From Novakomyces olei (Eukaryota), in contig JADEYG010000009.1 in NCBI GenBank assembly GCA_016906335.1, positions 620,001-684,000 on the forward strand: a stretch of 64,000 nt of DNA, read 5' to 3'. Below, piece after piece: positions 47,313-58,672 of this stretch. The position numbers were made by a program, and so were the translations under genes. Positions within the stretch are counted from its first letter, which is position 1. Every line of letters begins with the position of its first letter. Under the pieces are notes generated by a model that was given only the letters and a program-made list of their open reading frames with translations, had not been told where the DNA came from and ran no database searches.

Positions 47313-50300
47313 ATGGCCAGTATAAGACCTGTTGATACAGAGTCTGGTGTTGAAAAGGGTCCATCGGCACCAGATGCTACTCAGGAACAGAGCAGTGCTG
47401 CGCTTACAAAGGAGCGCGACAGTTTATTACAGCAAAATGCTCAACTATGGCGACTAGTGGATAAGCAGCGCGACACGTAAGTCTACAATTCATTCTACAA
47501 ATTTCATTCTAATAATTTTAATCTACAAATATGAATCGCCGTTTTGCATTGGCTAATAATCGTTTAGAATACTAAACCTGCAAGAGCAGCTGATTCAAGT
47601 GGCAAGCGATCGAGATACCTTTCAAAAATCGTGTCAGGAACTCGTTAAAAAGGCGGCCGCTCTAACAGCTACTGCGGAAGCGCATGCTTCTATTACCGAT
47701 AAGGCCGGAGAAATTCAGCCCAAAACCCCTACAAGCTCATTGCACCCATTTGTTGGTGGAAGTGGGGGTGGGGGCCCTAGTGGAGGTTCAAGTGGGGGTC
47801 CAGTTACTCCTCATAGTGGAAATAAATTCGAAGAAATGCTACGCAACTCACAGGGTACGCGTTCCTCCCGGCGGACGACGGACGGACGAGTACGTAGGCC
47901 GCCGGCTCTTGATTTTAGTTCAGTGAAGAGCAGCAAACAACAGCAAACAGCAGCAAAACAACAGCAGCAGCACCAACAGCAGTCTGAACAGAATGGCAAA
48001 GCACCTTCTTCATCAGAAAAATTTTATTTCAGTGGAGAACCCTTAACTACACCTATTTCACGTGTTAAATCTCCTCGTCGAGATCAATTGCATGCTTCGC
48101 CCTCAGCCGTAAACTTTTCTTCTCGTCGAGGCAATACGGCAGTTCCAGGTTCAGCGCCGGCTGCTATTGCTGGTAGAAGGCAATTGCTCTCTTCTGCCAC
48201 TGGAAATGCCCCAAATTTGACTCTGGCTTCAGCGGAAAAGCTTGGTCTCGTGACCAATGCAAGTGGATCAGACCGGCCCTTAGATTTAGACGATTTGCAG
48301 CTGGCTTTAGATGCTACTGACTCGGCTCTAGCTCAACGAAGGTCACTGAGCAATAACAATAATAACGGGTTTAATCACAACAGCAGCATCGATAAAGACG
48401 ACGCGGACGGTTCAGTCAAAATTATCAACAAAAAGGATACTATTGATGAAAGTGCAACTCGAAAACCAGGACTCCCTTCGCGAAGACGAGGAAATACGGA
48501 TAATTCGGCGGCAATAACAGCAGCAGCAGCAGCAGCGACGATGGGAAATACGTTTACAGCATCACCAAATCTTCGGCAGTTGCGATTACAGCCTCAATCG
48601 ACCGGCAGCTCAGCCAATCAGCTTACAGACTGGGAGGAAAGTGGACTACGCAGTCAATTGACAACTGCACAAGAAAGAGATGGTCAAGAAAGAGATGCAC
48701 AGTCATCGCCAAACCATCAGCGTCGACGGTCGAAAAGTCTTGATGATCTGAGAGTCTTGAATGTTTTTCAAAAAGATGGTGCAAAGACGGTAGCAAAAGA
48801 CTCTTTTAACTTGGCCAATGCTAGTGTGCAAGACCAAGGGTCATCGATTCTTAGTGGCCATTCCAGGTTCTCTAATATTGATCAGTATGGAGGAGAGGAG
48901 GATGATGCCGATGAAGTAGAGCCCGATGAAGCCATTGAAGACGATAACGATAGTGTATACTCGGCCGATTACGGAACGGAGCCCGAGCCAGCCATGATTG
49001 GGCTCGGAGTCGTTGACGTCATGTCTCCACCGGCCTCTGCAGGCCTTTACGTGACTACAAATCCCTATCAAGAGTTTTTTGAGACGAGCAAACGTGCAGA
49101 ATCCCCTGGGTCAACTCTGTCAGCGCATTTGCTGCCATTAATCGATGCTAAAGTGACCCGCTCTCGATTTCGGCCACTAACAAAGACCAAATGTGATGCC
49201 AGTTTTATTATCACTATTTACAGACGCGTAATGGACCACGCGCAATCACTGGAAAAGCTATGGTCAGTGGACAAGAGCTTGAGTATGATGGTTGAGTTCA
49301 ATACACGGCTAGTGCCCTTGATGGGCCCAACGGGCTCCTATTTGTCTGCCTTCCCTGACAGAGCACTGCTAACGTCAAATGTACCGAGTAAAATTGATCA
49401 GCGCAATTCCGTGCTGGAAGCTTACTTGCAAAGTGTCCTTGTTGCTCCGCTGGACGAGGCCCCCTTACATTTTGTCTGTTCTTTCCTTAGTTCCGACGTG
49501 GTTCCCAACGATATTGAAGCGCGAACAAGGCAGTTTGAGGAGGCAAATGGGATTGCAAAGCAAGGGTACCTGCTACGAAGAGGAAAAAACTTTGGAGGAT
49601 GGAAGCCAAGGTACTTTGTTCTCGATGGCCCAGTCTTGCACTTTTACGAGGGACCTGGAGGAGCTCAGATTGGCCAGATTCGGCTACAGCAGGCTAAATT
49701 GCATAAACAGCAATCGCAGCCTTCTGAGAGAGAAAAGCCGAGGGCAGGTGAGAATTCTGCGTCGGAAACAGAATTCCGGCACGGACTGCTGATTGCTGAG
49801 AGGCGGGGCGATCCAAGAAAGAGTGCTCTCCCGAGTTCAGGTGTGGGTTTGAGCAGCAGTTCAAGCAGCAACGATGTAGGCACGCATACTGGCAATAATA
49901 GCATTAGTAGTAGTAATAATAGCCATAACCCTGCAAATGTGAACAGACACATCTTTTGTGCGCAGGACGATGCAGAGCGTGATGAGTGGTACAATGCGAT
50001 TTTGCCTTTTACTCACGCCGAAACTGACGAGAAACCTTTACGTGAATCTCAGCCGCCTGTACGGAGGGACAAGAGGCTGAAGGAGATCTTTTCACGTGGG
50101 GAAAAAGCGGTCAGTAATGACGCTGATGCAGGCAGGGACTCTTCGCCTGAGCCTTTACAGGCAATCCCTTATTCTGAAACTGCTCCCGCTCAGCCTGCGC
50201 CTGCGGCAGACACCGGGTCGCTTAATGAACGGTCGCCAAGGCTATCGGAAATTTCCGGGCCTATCGAAAGTGTGCCTATTCAAAACAGTCAAGCCTGGCA

Positions 50301-51545
50301 GCAAATGGAGCGGGAGACAGAGAGCAGGCATCTGCCTGCTGCAGCTTCTCTGCAATCCTCAGCGGAAGCGAAACCGGCGGCTCCGAAACGTAAAGGGTTT
50401 TGGAATTTTAGAAGCAGCAACAATAATAATGCAAACAGCAACAACAGCTCAACAAATAATAAACTAAAAACCGACGAGCTGCTAGCAAGTATTGCGAACG
50501 GCACTGCTTTGCCGCCCCTTTCGCCTTTGGAGAACGAGGCTGGAGCTGTTCGATCAACTACAATCTTTGGTGCGACTCTAAAGGACGCTCTTAATTTTGT
50601 TGATCCTCCATCACGAGTGCCTAGCGTTGTATCGCGGTGCATTGCCTTTCTTGATGCGCGTGGAGCTGTGCGAGAAGAGGGAATTTACCGGCTCAGCGGC
50701 TCCAATTCAGCCATTAGGTCTCTTAAAGAGGCATTTAATATGGGTAAGTTTGTAGGATTTATTTTGGATTAAGAGTATATGGCCGTTGGAATCGTTTGGC
50801 AATTTCAAAGTCTCTCTAGCCGCCTCTATACTCCAATTCGTCTATTTTGTTTTCGCTTTTTGTAGCGTCTTTTACATCCATCCTCTCCCGTACCCATTCT
50901 CCTTCTACTTCATCTACTTCATTGTTTGTATAGCACAATTATTTAATGTATAATTTACTAACCCCCAGACGGCGACTTTGATATTTTAACGGCTGAACGT
51001 GCATATGATGTACATGCGGTAGCCGGGCTTCTCAAGCTTTATCTCCGTGAAATGTCCACGTTTTTATTGACGCGAGAGCTTTATCCGTATTTCCTGGAAA
51101 CCACCGAAGTTGAGGACGAATCTGTGCAGGCACGGCGTATGCGTCCATTGGTTGAATCTCTGCCAAAAGAGAATTATGACCTACTCAAAACTATTATTTC
51201 TCATTTATGCACGATTGTGGACAATTCTGCGCAAAACAAAATGAATGCTCGCAACGGTACGTCAGATACAATTTATTGATTTATTTATTGATTGATTGAT
51301 TGTTTGTTTGAACTTTGAACTAATTCTCAGTCGGTATTGTCTTTTCTCCTACGCTGAATATTCCTGCTGCGGTGTTCAATATTCTGATTGGCAATTTCAG
51401 TTACATATTCACATCAGGCGATAGGTTAGATAACGTAGAGCCTATGAGCTCAGAACGGAATATCACAGTTGTCGATCCACCACCATATATTGATTATGAA
51501 CCGCCTTCAATAACATTAGTCGGCCACAATGAAAAGGAATTATAG
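47313..51545 (+). CDS. PX-PH-RhoGAP (Bem3/Rga2-like). Exons 47313-47476, 47568-50743, 50969-51256, 51331-51545
   Basis: N-terminal QNAQLWRLVDKQR coiled coil, PX-like region, PH domain KQGYLLRRGKNFGGWKPRYFVL, RhoGAP EEGIYRLSG..DVHAVAGLLKLYLRE..NKMNARNVGIVFSPTL. Confidence 0.93.
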
Positions 51546-52335
51546 TGGCGAAGAAAAGCAGAGAATTTGTCTTAGCTACGGATCCGCAGGTTTGAATATT
51601 ATGATTAATCTACCCAAAATATATTCAGATCTACCTTTCAACACAAGAGACTAGAGTTAGTTTTCAGAAAGAAAACTTGTCCTGTTTGGCTCTGTCGTCG
51701 GTCCACTAAATTCTTTTATGTTTATTTTCATTATATTTAATTCGCATAAATTAATTTATCTTTGTCTGCTGGCAGGTTCCGCAGACGCGCATGATATTGG
51801 TGTCCAGCTGTGTTTTCTCAGATTTGCGCGAGTGTGCAAAACAAGTATTAGGTGGAAGGACATGCTCATTATTCATGACTGTGTGCATATTAATAAAAAA
51901 GATATTCTACGATTTAGCAATCAAAGATGTAAACAATACTGCTAGCTAATTGAGCTCGAGACTGTTATCGGAACAAAAAGAAACAAACATTTGCCTTGTA
52001 ATTTTCAAACTTTTAGAAAGACGAGCAAAATGGGAAAAGCCGCCGATTTGTATTCATCAGTGAGATGCCCACAATCCATTCGGGTGTTGCAAGTTTGATA
52101 GAGTTCAAGACAGAATTTTTGATATACAGCCATTCAAAATAAATAGCCATTGCGCTTTAAAACTTTGTTTATTGATCTACGTAGGATAAGAGATGGGCCA
52201 ATTAAACAACTAAATGTATTAAATATGAATAAAATCAAACGAGTCAAACAAAGGCGATACAACCGAATCAATAGCGCAAGACACTACACCCAATGCAACA
52301 CAAACCCCTATACATTTGGTATCAAAATCGCAGAC

Positions 52336-53404
52336 TTATAAGGTAATGTCTAGCTTTATGTCGTCCACATAAACACCATTCGTCGACGTCTGTTTGGGCG
52401 ATTTTGGTGCAAAAGGCCGTCTTTGAAGCGTCGCGGCATTGTGCGAAGAAGGCTTATGAACCCCTGGTTTCTGTTGAAAAGAACCCACATTCTGGTTTTG
52501 CTTCAATAACGAGCTCTGTGTCGGACGGCTTAAGCGGTCTACTAGTGCAGAACTGCGACTTGCAGGTTTCTCTGTACGCTTTACAGATTTGCTTTCTGTT
52601 TTCGCTAACGACTTTGGTGGAGAATTGTCTTGAAACGGAACAAAAGAGTGAGTAAGCTCGTGCTCGGTCTGCTCTTGCCGGGCGAGGTATAGCCGGCTCT
52701 GTTCTTCAATAATGCAATGTGCTTGCTCTACAGCGCCCATGTCGGGAGGCGCGTTTGCATCTGCAATTAATGGATTAAACAGCTGTTCAGTGCCGTCTTC
52801 ATCCTCGGCCAATGCTGCGTCATAGTTAGAATCGATATGAGATTAAATATATTAAACTCAAGCCGTCGTAGAAAAATAATGTAAAATATAAAACGAGGAA
52901 AGGGGGCCCATATCAACTCTAGTGCTATCATAATGTGGCACATAAAAGCACGAGTTTAAACTTACGCTCATCGCGCGGAGCCATGTACTCGATATCTGAG
53001 TCATAGTTGATTGCGTCCACTTGCGCACTCTCCGCTTCCAAGCTTTTATGTTGACTGTGCCGCAGTCTCTGTGAGCGTCCGGACGTTTTACCGCCACTCC
53101 AAGTCTTTTGGTCGGAAGATTGAGAATCGTCTGGTATGAGTAATCGGTCAATTTCAAAAACGCATTATGATCCGGAGAAGAAATGATCAGGGAATTGGCG
53201 AATAAACTTACTGAGCGGAGTTGTGTACTTGAAAGCTCCAATATTCGCTGATTTTGCTGTTAACGGTGCCTTTCGAGAAGCGTGTTGGGCAAAAGGCGTT
53301 TTAGGCGCAGTATCAGCCGCTCCCCGGCTGACGGTACTTTGAGCAGGTTTGCCAAAAGGCGTGCGAGCCGTGACGGCGTTCTCCTTATCCGTAAACCTCA
53401 ACAT
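52336..53404 (-). CDS. Putative APC/C substrate, securin-like. Exons 53404-53212, 53130-52966, 52814-52336
   Basis: Two GTAAGT introns join three frames into about 278 aa. KEN box (DKEN), D-box-like RKAPLTAKSAN and DIEYMAP motif. The gene model is good; the functional call is an inference. Confidence 0.65.
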
Positions 53405-53466
53405 TCTGGCAATGATCCTGCCTCTGCTGCTGTTGTCGTCTCTTTTACCATTTCACTCTCAACACG

Positions 53467-53506
53467 ATCACGTGATTAAAAAACCCTAATAACTCAGAAA
53501 ACCCTG
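53467..53506. promoter_or_regulatory. CACGTG E-box palindrome and AAACCCT motifs in the securin-like/tropomyosin bidirectional promoter
   Basis: ATCACGTGAT 53467-53476, AAACCCTAAT 53481-53490, AAACCCTG about 53499-53506. Confidence 0.4.
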
Positions 53507-53739
53507 TCAAACACGTTAAACACGCATTTCATATATTCGGGGTGCGACAGGGCATACTCCAATCCGCCATACATAATAAATGGATGGATACAATAGAATT
53601 GCAGGCAAATAAATAATAATTAAATACTATATACATCATTTACCCATTAACCTTGAGACAAAGGTAGAGGGCAAACAGACACCTGTCAATTGGCATAAAG
53701 CGGACAAGGCCCAACTTTTTCATTTCTTCACTATTCGCA

Positions 53740-54386
53740 ATGGACAAGCTCAAGGAGGTATGTGCATTTGATACTCAACAGCGTCTGCTCCCTGCTGCGT
53801 ACTAACGGTATAGAAAATGGCAAATCTGCGTACGGAGGCGGACGAGGCCACCGCGCGGCACGAGGAGGCCCAGGCACGTGTCAAAGAACTTGAGCAGGAG
53901 CTTCTTGGGAAGGAGCATGAAGTAACGTCTCTGCAGCACAAGGTATCGAATCTTGAAGGTGAGGTAGAGAACCTTGAGGGTCAAGTGAAGCAGCTCAAGC
54001 ACGACTTGGAAGAGAGTCGTGGTGGAGCAGACGGACAGGAGGCACTTCAGCGCCGTGTACAGCAGCTCGAGGATGAAGTTGAAACCTATGACAAGAACCT
54101 GCGCGAGACCACTGACAAGTAAGAAGCAATATTTGTTTTATTCGTTTCTTTTTTGCTTTTTTATTTTATTTTTTTTCGTTTATTTTGTTTGTCTGTTTGT
54201 TTCACCGTTTCTAATTTATACAGACTTCGTGAGGTCGACGTCAAGGCTGAACATTCGGAGCGAAAAGTGTCCAGCTTGGAACAGGAGCGCGAGTCGCTCG
54301 AGACAAAGTATGAAGAGCTGCAAGAGAAGTACCGTAAAGCTGCCTCTGAATTGGAGGACCTGCAAAAGGCACTCGAGGATGTTTAA
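53740..54386 (+). CDS. cdc8: Tropomyosin, 161 aa. Exons 53740-53757, 53814-54118, 54224-54386
   Basis: MDKLKEKM N-terminus, continuous heptad coiled coil, two canonical introns. Confidence 0.95.
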
Positions 54387-54788
54387 ATTCGAGATTTCTT
54401 TATTATGCATGCGCGGACGACTGCTGAGCATTGCTACAGCAGTGCCAGATACAAAGCTAATGCCGGTAGTCAATTTAAACTTTGTTTGAGAGGTTTGTGG
54501 CCAAAAGAAGATTGAGTAGATCCTAGACCCGTAAACAGTTAGGAGAGGTATACAGTATAGCAAGCTGAGCGGTGTTCCACTCACGCGTTCATTCAATGAA
54601 AATTCAACTTTAATTAATGTGAACGGACGGGTGGCAAAAAGTCTAATTACAGTATAGCATCGAATGAAATTAATTCAGTCTCCCGTTCATGTCTATCTTT
54701 GGTTTCGTGTTTATCGTTGATGTTGGCATTACGATTGTGAGACAGACCGCCAGTTATGAAAGCCGAGATTTTTGCTAGTCGCGCCTCC

Positions 54789-54899
<111 letters not shown>

Positions 54900-55300
54900 G
54901 CCTACTTTTTGCAACGTTTTATTGTGAAAATACATCGCTGCGAATTGCTCGTAAAATTACTTTTCGCCGCCTACCAACCCTCTGTCTACTTATATTTACG
55001 TGTTTACAATCTGATCAGTTTCGCGCGAGGCAAACTTGCTACGAACAAAAAGGAAAGCAAAAAGGAAAGCTAAAAAGAAAGCAAACAAAAGTGGCCTTTA
55101 CTTTCGTGTTTTGCAGTCATTGCCTTTAGACTTGTGCCAGGTCTTGACTTTTCCACAATCACATATATATATATATATTTACATATATATATATATTTAT
55201 TTATATTATCGAAATCGTCACGAATAGATCAGAGTTGAAACACCAGAATTCAACATCAGAATTGAATCCTTTACTATCTCGCCAAGCATCCTCGCCACCT

Positions 55301-56911
55301 ATGAATGCTCTGCGATCTTTGTTCGCACGGGACCCGCACGGCAGCAACGGCAGTGGCAATGGCGGCGATTGCTTCGTCTCAGACAGCGAAATAGCACAAA
55401 TTTGCTCAAACTACCGTTCACACAATCAGGCACATGTCGCATCAGCACTGGAGGCACTGCCGGCGAACAGCCAAGAGCAGAAATCTCTGTATGAGCAAAT
55501 GCGGCAATTAGACCCGGCTCGTGTGGCTCAGTGCTTTTCTGCGGCTCAAGAGTACGCGGAGCAAGAAAAGTCTCAGCAAGTAGAAATCAGGTCTCTGCCC
55601 CCCGAGCGAACGCGGTCAGTGATAAGTAATGCACCGGATGTAATTGCGAAATGGCAGCGGCTCGGGCTGCGAGAAATAGCGTCGAGTCGAGTCGCGGCTA
55701 TTGTAATGGCGGGCGGCCAAGGAACGAGGCTGGGTAGTGATTCGCCTAAAGGCTGCTACGATATTGATCTGCCTTCGCACAAGCCTCTATTTGAGCTGCA
55801 AGCTCAGCGACTTCTCCGCCTGGCTGCTCTAGCAGCCAACAGCAGCGGAAAAGAGCACTCAAAGGCAAAACCTGCCGTTCATATCCCGCTGTACGTAATG
55901 ACATCAGACCGTACAAAGGAGGTTACTACACGCTTCTTTGAGCAACACGACTATTTCGGTCTGCCACGTGCAGATGTCGTTTTTTTTGAGCAAGGTGCCC
56001 TGCCCATTCTTGGGCTGCAGGGCCAATTTCTAATGGACAATGAGCATCAAATAGCCCTGGCCCCGAATGGAAACGGAGGCATCTACGAGGCATTAGTGAC
56101 AGAGGGCATTCTGGCCGATATGCGCCGGCGTGGAATTGCCCACGTCCATACTTATTGCGTGGACAATGCGCTTGTTCGGCCGGCTGATCCGGTATTTGTA
56201 GGGATGGCGTGCCAAGAATCGTTGGACGTTGCCACTAAAGTAGTGCGGAAACGTGATGCTGCTGAGCTGGTGGGCCTTATTGTACAGCGAAATGGAGCTC
56301 CGGGAGTGGTAGAGTACTCGGAAATTGCGCCGGAAATGGCTCGGGAACAGGAGACGATCCATACTGCGGATGGGGACACGGAACAAGTGTTAAAGTATAG
56401 GGCGGCTAATATTGTTAATCACTATTACGCCTTTACGTTTTTGGATAATTTTGTTCCCTCTGCGGGCAAGCACAGTATCCCGTATCACATAGCCCGTAAG
56501 AGGCAAGCGTTTTACGATCCACTGCAGAAAGGTAAAGAGCCGTCAAATGAGGAAAGCAAAGGCCCTAACTGTATTAAATTGGAGATGTTTGTCTTTGATC
56601 TTTTCCCTTTTGTCGATGCAAACAAGTTTGCTAGCTTGGAAGTTTGCAGGGAAGATGAGTTTAGCCCGTTGAAAAATTCAGTTGAATCAAGCGATAAGGA
56701 TAACGCTGTAACAGCAAGAAGGGACGTTATTGCTCAAGGTCGACGCTGGGTTGAAGCAGCTGGTGCCGTAGTTACTGGCGAGAGTGCTTCTGTTGACGAT
56801 ATGGCCGTGGAGGTTTCGCCTCTTGTTAGTTATGCTGGCGAAGGTCTTGAGTTTCTAAAGGGGCGTGAATTACGGGCGCCTGTCGTTGTAGACACAGCCA
56901 AGGAGAGCTGA
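55301..56911 (+). CDS. UAP1: UDP-N-acetylglucosamine pyrophosphorylase
   Basis: MAGGQGTRLGSDSPKG, PNGNGG, YCVDN, VVEYSE, IKLEMFVFD, EFSPLKN, SPLVSYAGEGL. Confidence 0.95.
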   Translation: MNALRSLFARDPHGSNGSGNGGDCFVSDSEIAQICSNYRSHNQAHVASALEALPANSQEQKSLYEQMRQLDPARVAQCFSAAQEYAEQEKSQQVEIRSLPPERTRSVISNAPDVIAKWQRLGLREIASSRVAAIVMAGGQGTRLGSDSPKGCYDIDLPSHKPLFELQAQRLLRLAALAANSSGKEHSKAKPAVHIPLYVMTSDRTKEVTTRFFEQHDYFGLPRADVVFFEQGALPILGLQGQFLMDNEHQIALAPNGNGGIYEALVTEGILADMRRRGIAHVHTYCVDNALVRPADPVFVGMACQESLDVATKVVRKRDAAELVGLIVQRNGAPGVVEYSEIAPEMAREQETIHTADGDTEQVLKYRAANIVNHYYAFTFLDNFVPSAGKHSIPYHIARKRQAFYDPLQKGKEPSNEESKGPNCIKLEMFVFDLFPFVDANKFASLEVCREDEFSPLKNSVESSDKDNAVTARRDVIAQGRRWVEAAGAVVTGESASVDDMAVEVSPLVSYAGEGLEFLKGRELRAPVVVDTAKES

Positions 56912-57264
56912 AACCCAAAAACAGAAAAGAGAAAAAAAGGACTTGAGCAGCTGGAATAATTGTGGAAGTAGTCGCATTATATTGGTGAATGCGTGGGCAC
57001 GTTTAGTGTGCTGGCATGTTGTTGAATAGTATTGCATTGGCATATAAATCGGGTTTAGCATGTTCTCGTAGACGTTATGCTTTTAATATTTAATTCATAA
57101 AGAGATTTTTACAGTTGTATGATATTTATGTGATTGGTAAAGAAGCTGCACTGGGCTGTCAACAGGCCCGGCACAAACCGCAATGGCACAATCATGACAG
57201 GGCACTGTTCAATATTGAATCGAGCAGAGCCAAGCTTATCGCATAAAAGTAAATCCAATAAATC

Positions 57265-58010
57265 CTATAATATACCCTTCGTACTCGGCACAGAACCATC
57301 TTGAGTGTGAGCAAGAGCCTGTTTTAGCGCCAGCGCCAGCGCCTTAAACGAGCTTTCTATCCGGTGATGATCATTATCGCCTCGTAAGCAATCAACGTGT
57401 ATAGTGACACGAGCATTTGAAGCAAAGCTCTGGAAAAAATGCGGTATCATTTCACATGAAAGGGCGCCGACTGACTCGCGGCGGAGCCCAATATCACTAA
57501 CAGCAAAAGGCCTTCCAGAAACGTCGACTACAGCACGAGACAGGGCTTCATCGAGAGGGGCATAAGCGTAACCAAAACGTCGAATTCCACGAAATCCATG
57601 TAAGGCTTCATACACGGCAGCTCCAAGTGCAAGAGCCGTATCTTCCACAGTGTGATGGTCATCTATTACCGTGTCCCCACGCGTAAATACTCGTAAACTC
57701 CAACCAGCGTGTTTTGCTAAAGCATGAAGCATCTAACGTCAGTTCTTGCTCAATTTTTTGGTAGTTGTATAATTCTTCTTCTTTTTCTTTACTAATTCCT
57801 GCTTCTCTTGCGACATACATGGTCGAGAAAGCCGATACCCGTATCGACTTGGATTGTCTGCTTTTCGCCAATCTCGTACGCATGGCGAGTAGATATTTCG
57901 TTGGCGAGATAGTCTGAGGCAGACGGCAGTGCGCCTCCGTCAATTGAGACTGCGACTGCCACAGACGTCTCTTTGGTTTTGCGTTCTACAAAGTAGGAGC
58001 GAGTTGCCAT
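57265..58010 (-). CDS. HIS3: Imidazoleglycerol-phosphate dehydratase. Exons 58010-57819, 57732-57265
   Basis: [46 protein letters not shown]. Confidence 0.96.
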
Positions 58011-58672
58011 GACAAGTGCGCGCACTCTGATGTACAACTGCCGAATAATTTAGAATAAAATTTGAATTTAGACAAATCTTGTGTGGGTCCTACTTTTTGA
58101 TAATTTTCATATATCGCTGACAGAACGGGCGATGTCCCCTTTCCACTATTATTTTTCTTCCACTAATCTTATTCCTAATACTACCAAACATATTATTGTT
58201 ATTATTTTCTGTTATTTGTTGAGACCCGCCCGATTCATAGAGATGTTAATCCGTAGTATATAGAGGATTAACCCTATTCTTAAATACCTAAAAGAAGACC
58301 ATTAATTTTAGTTGTTGGCCCTTATAATTTATTACGAAATCAATATAAACATTTCATACAGAAAGATATTCATAATTAACAGATCTAGTAATTCAAGGAG
58401 CATGTATTAAATATACACCAACATGTTCTATTGCTATTATTTTCTCGACATGTTTGTAAGAGATGAAACAACATTTCCAAGCAATGTTCTTTACCTTTAT
58501 TTTTATTTTTATTTTTATTTATTTAATTATATTCATATTCATATTTATATTTATTTGTTTGTATTCCTTTATTAATCGAACGGTCGGTCCATACTCGATT
58601 TTTTATCTGCTGTCTATCATTTTAATTAGCAAACGAAATAAAACTTTGTGCAATTCTGAAGTGTGCAGCAAT

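Noticed and set aside
55235-55300. TTG-initiated N-terminal extension of UAP1
   Set aside because: No evidence for non-AUG initiation; ATG 55301 gives a full-length enzyme
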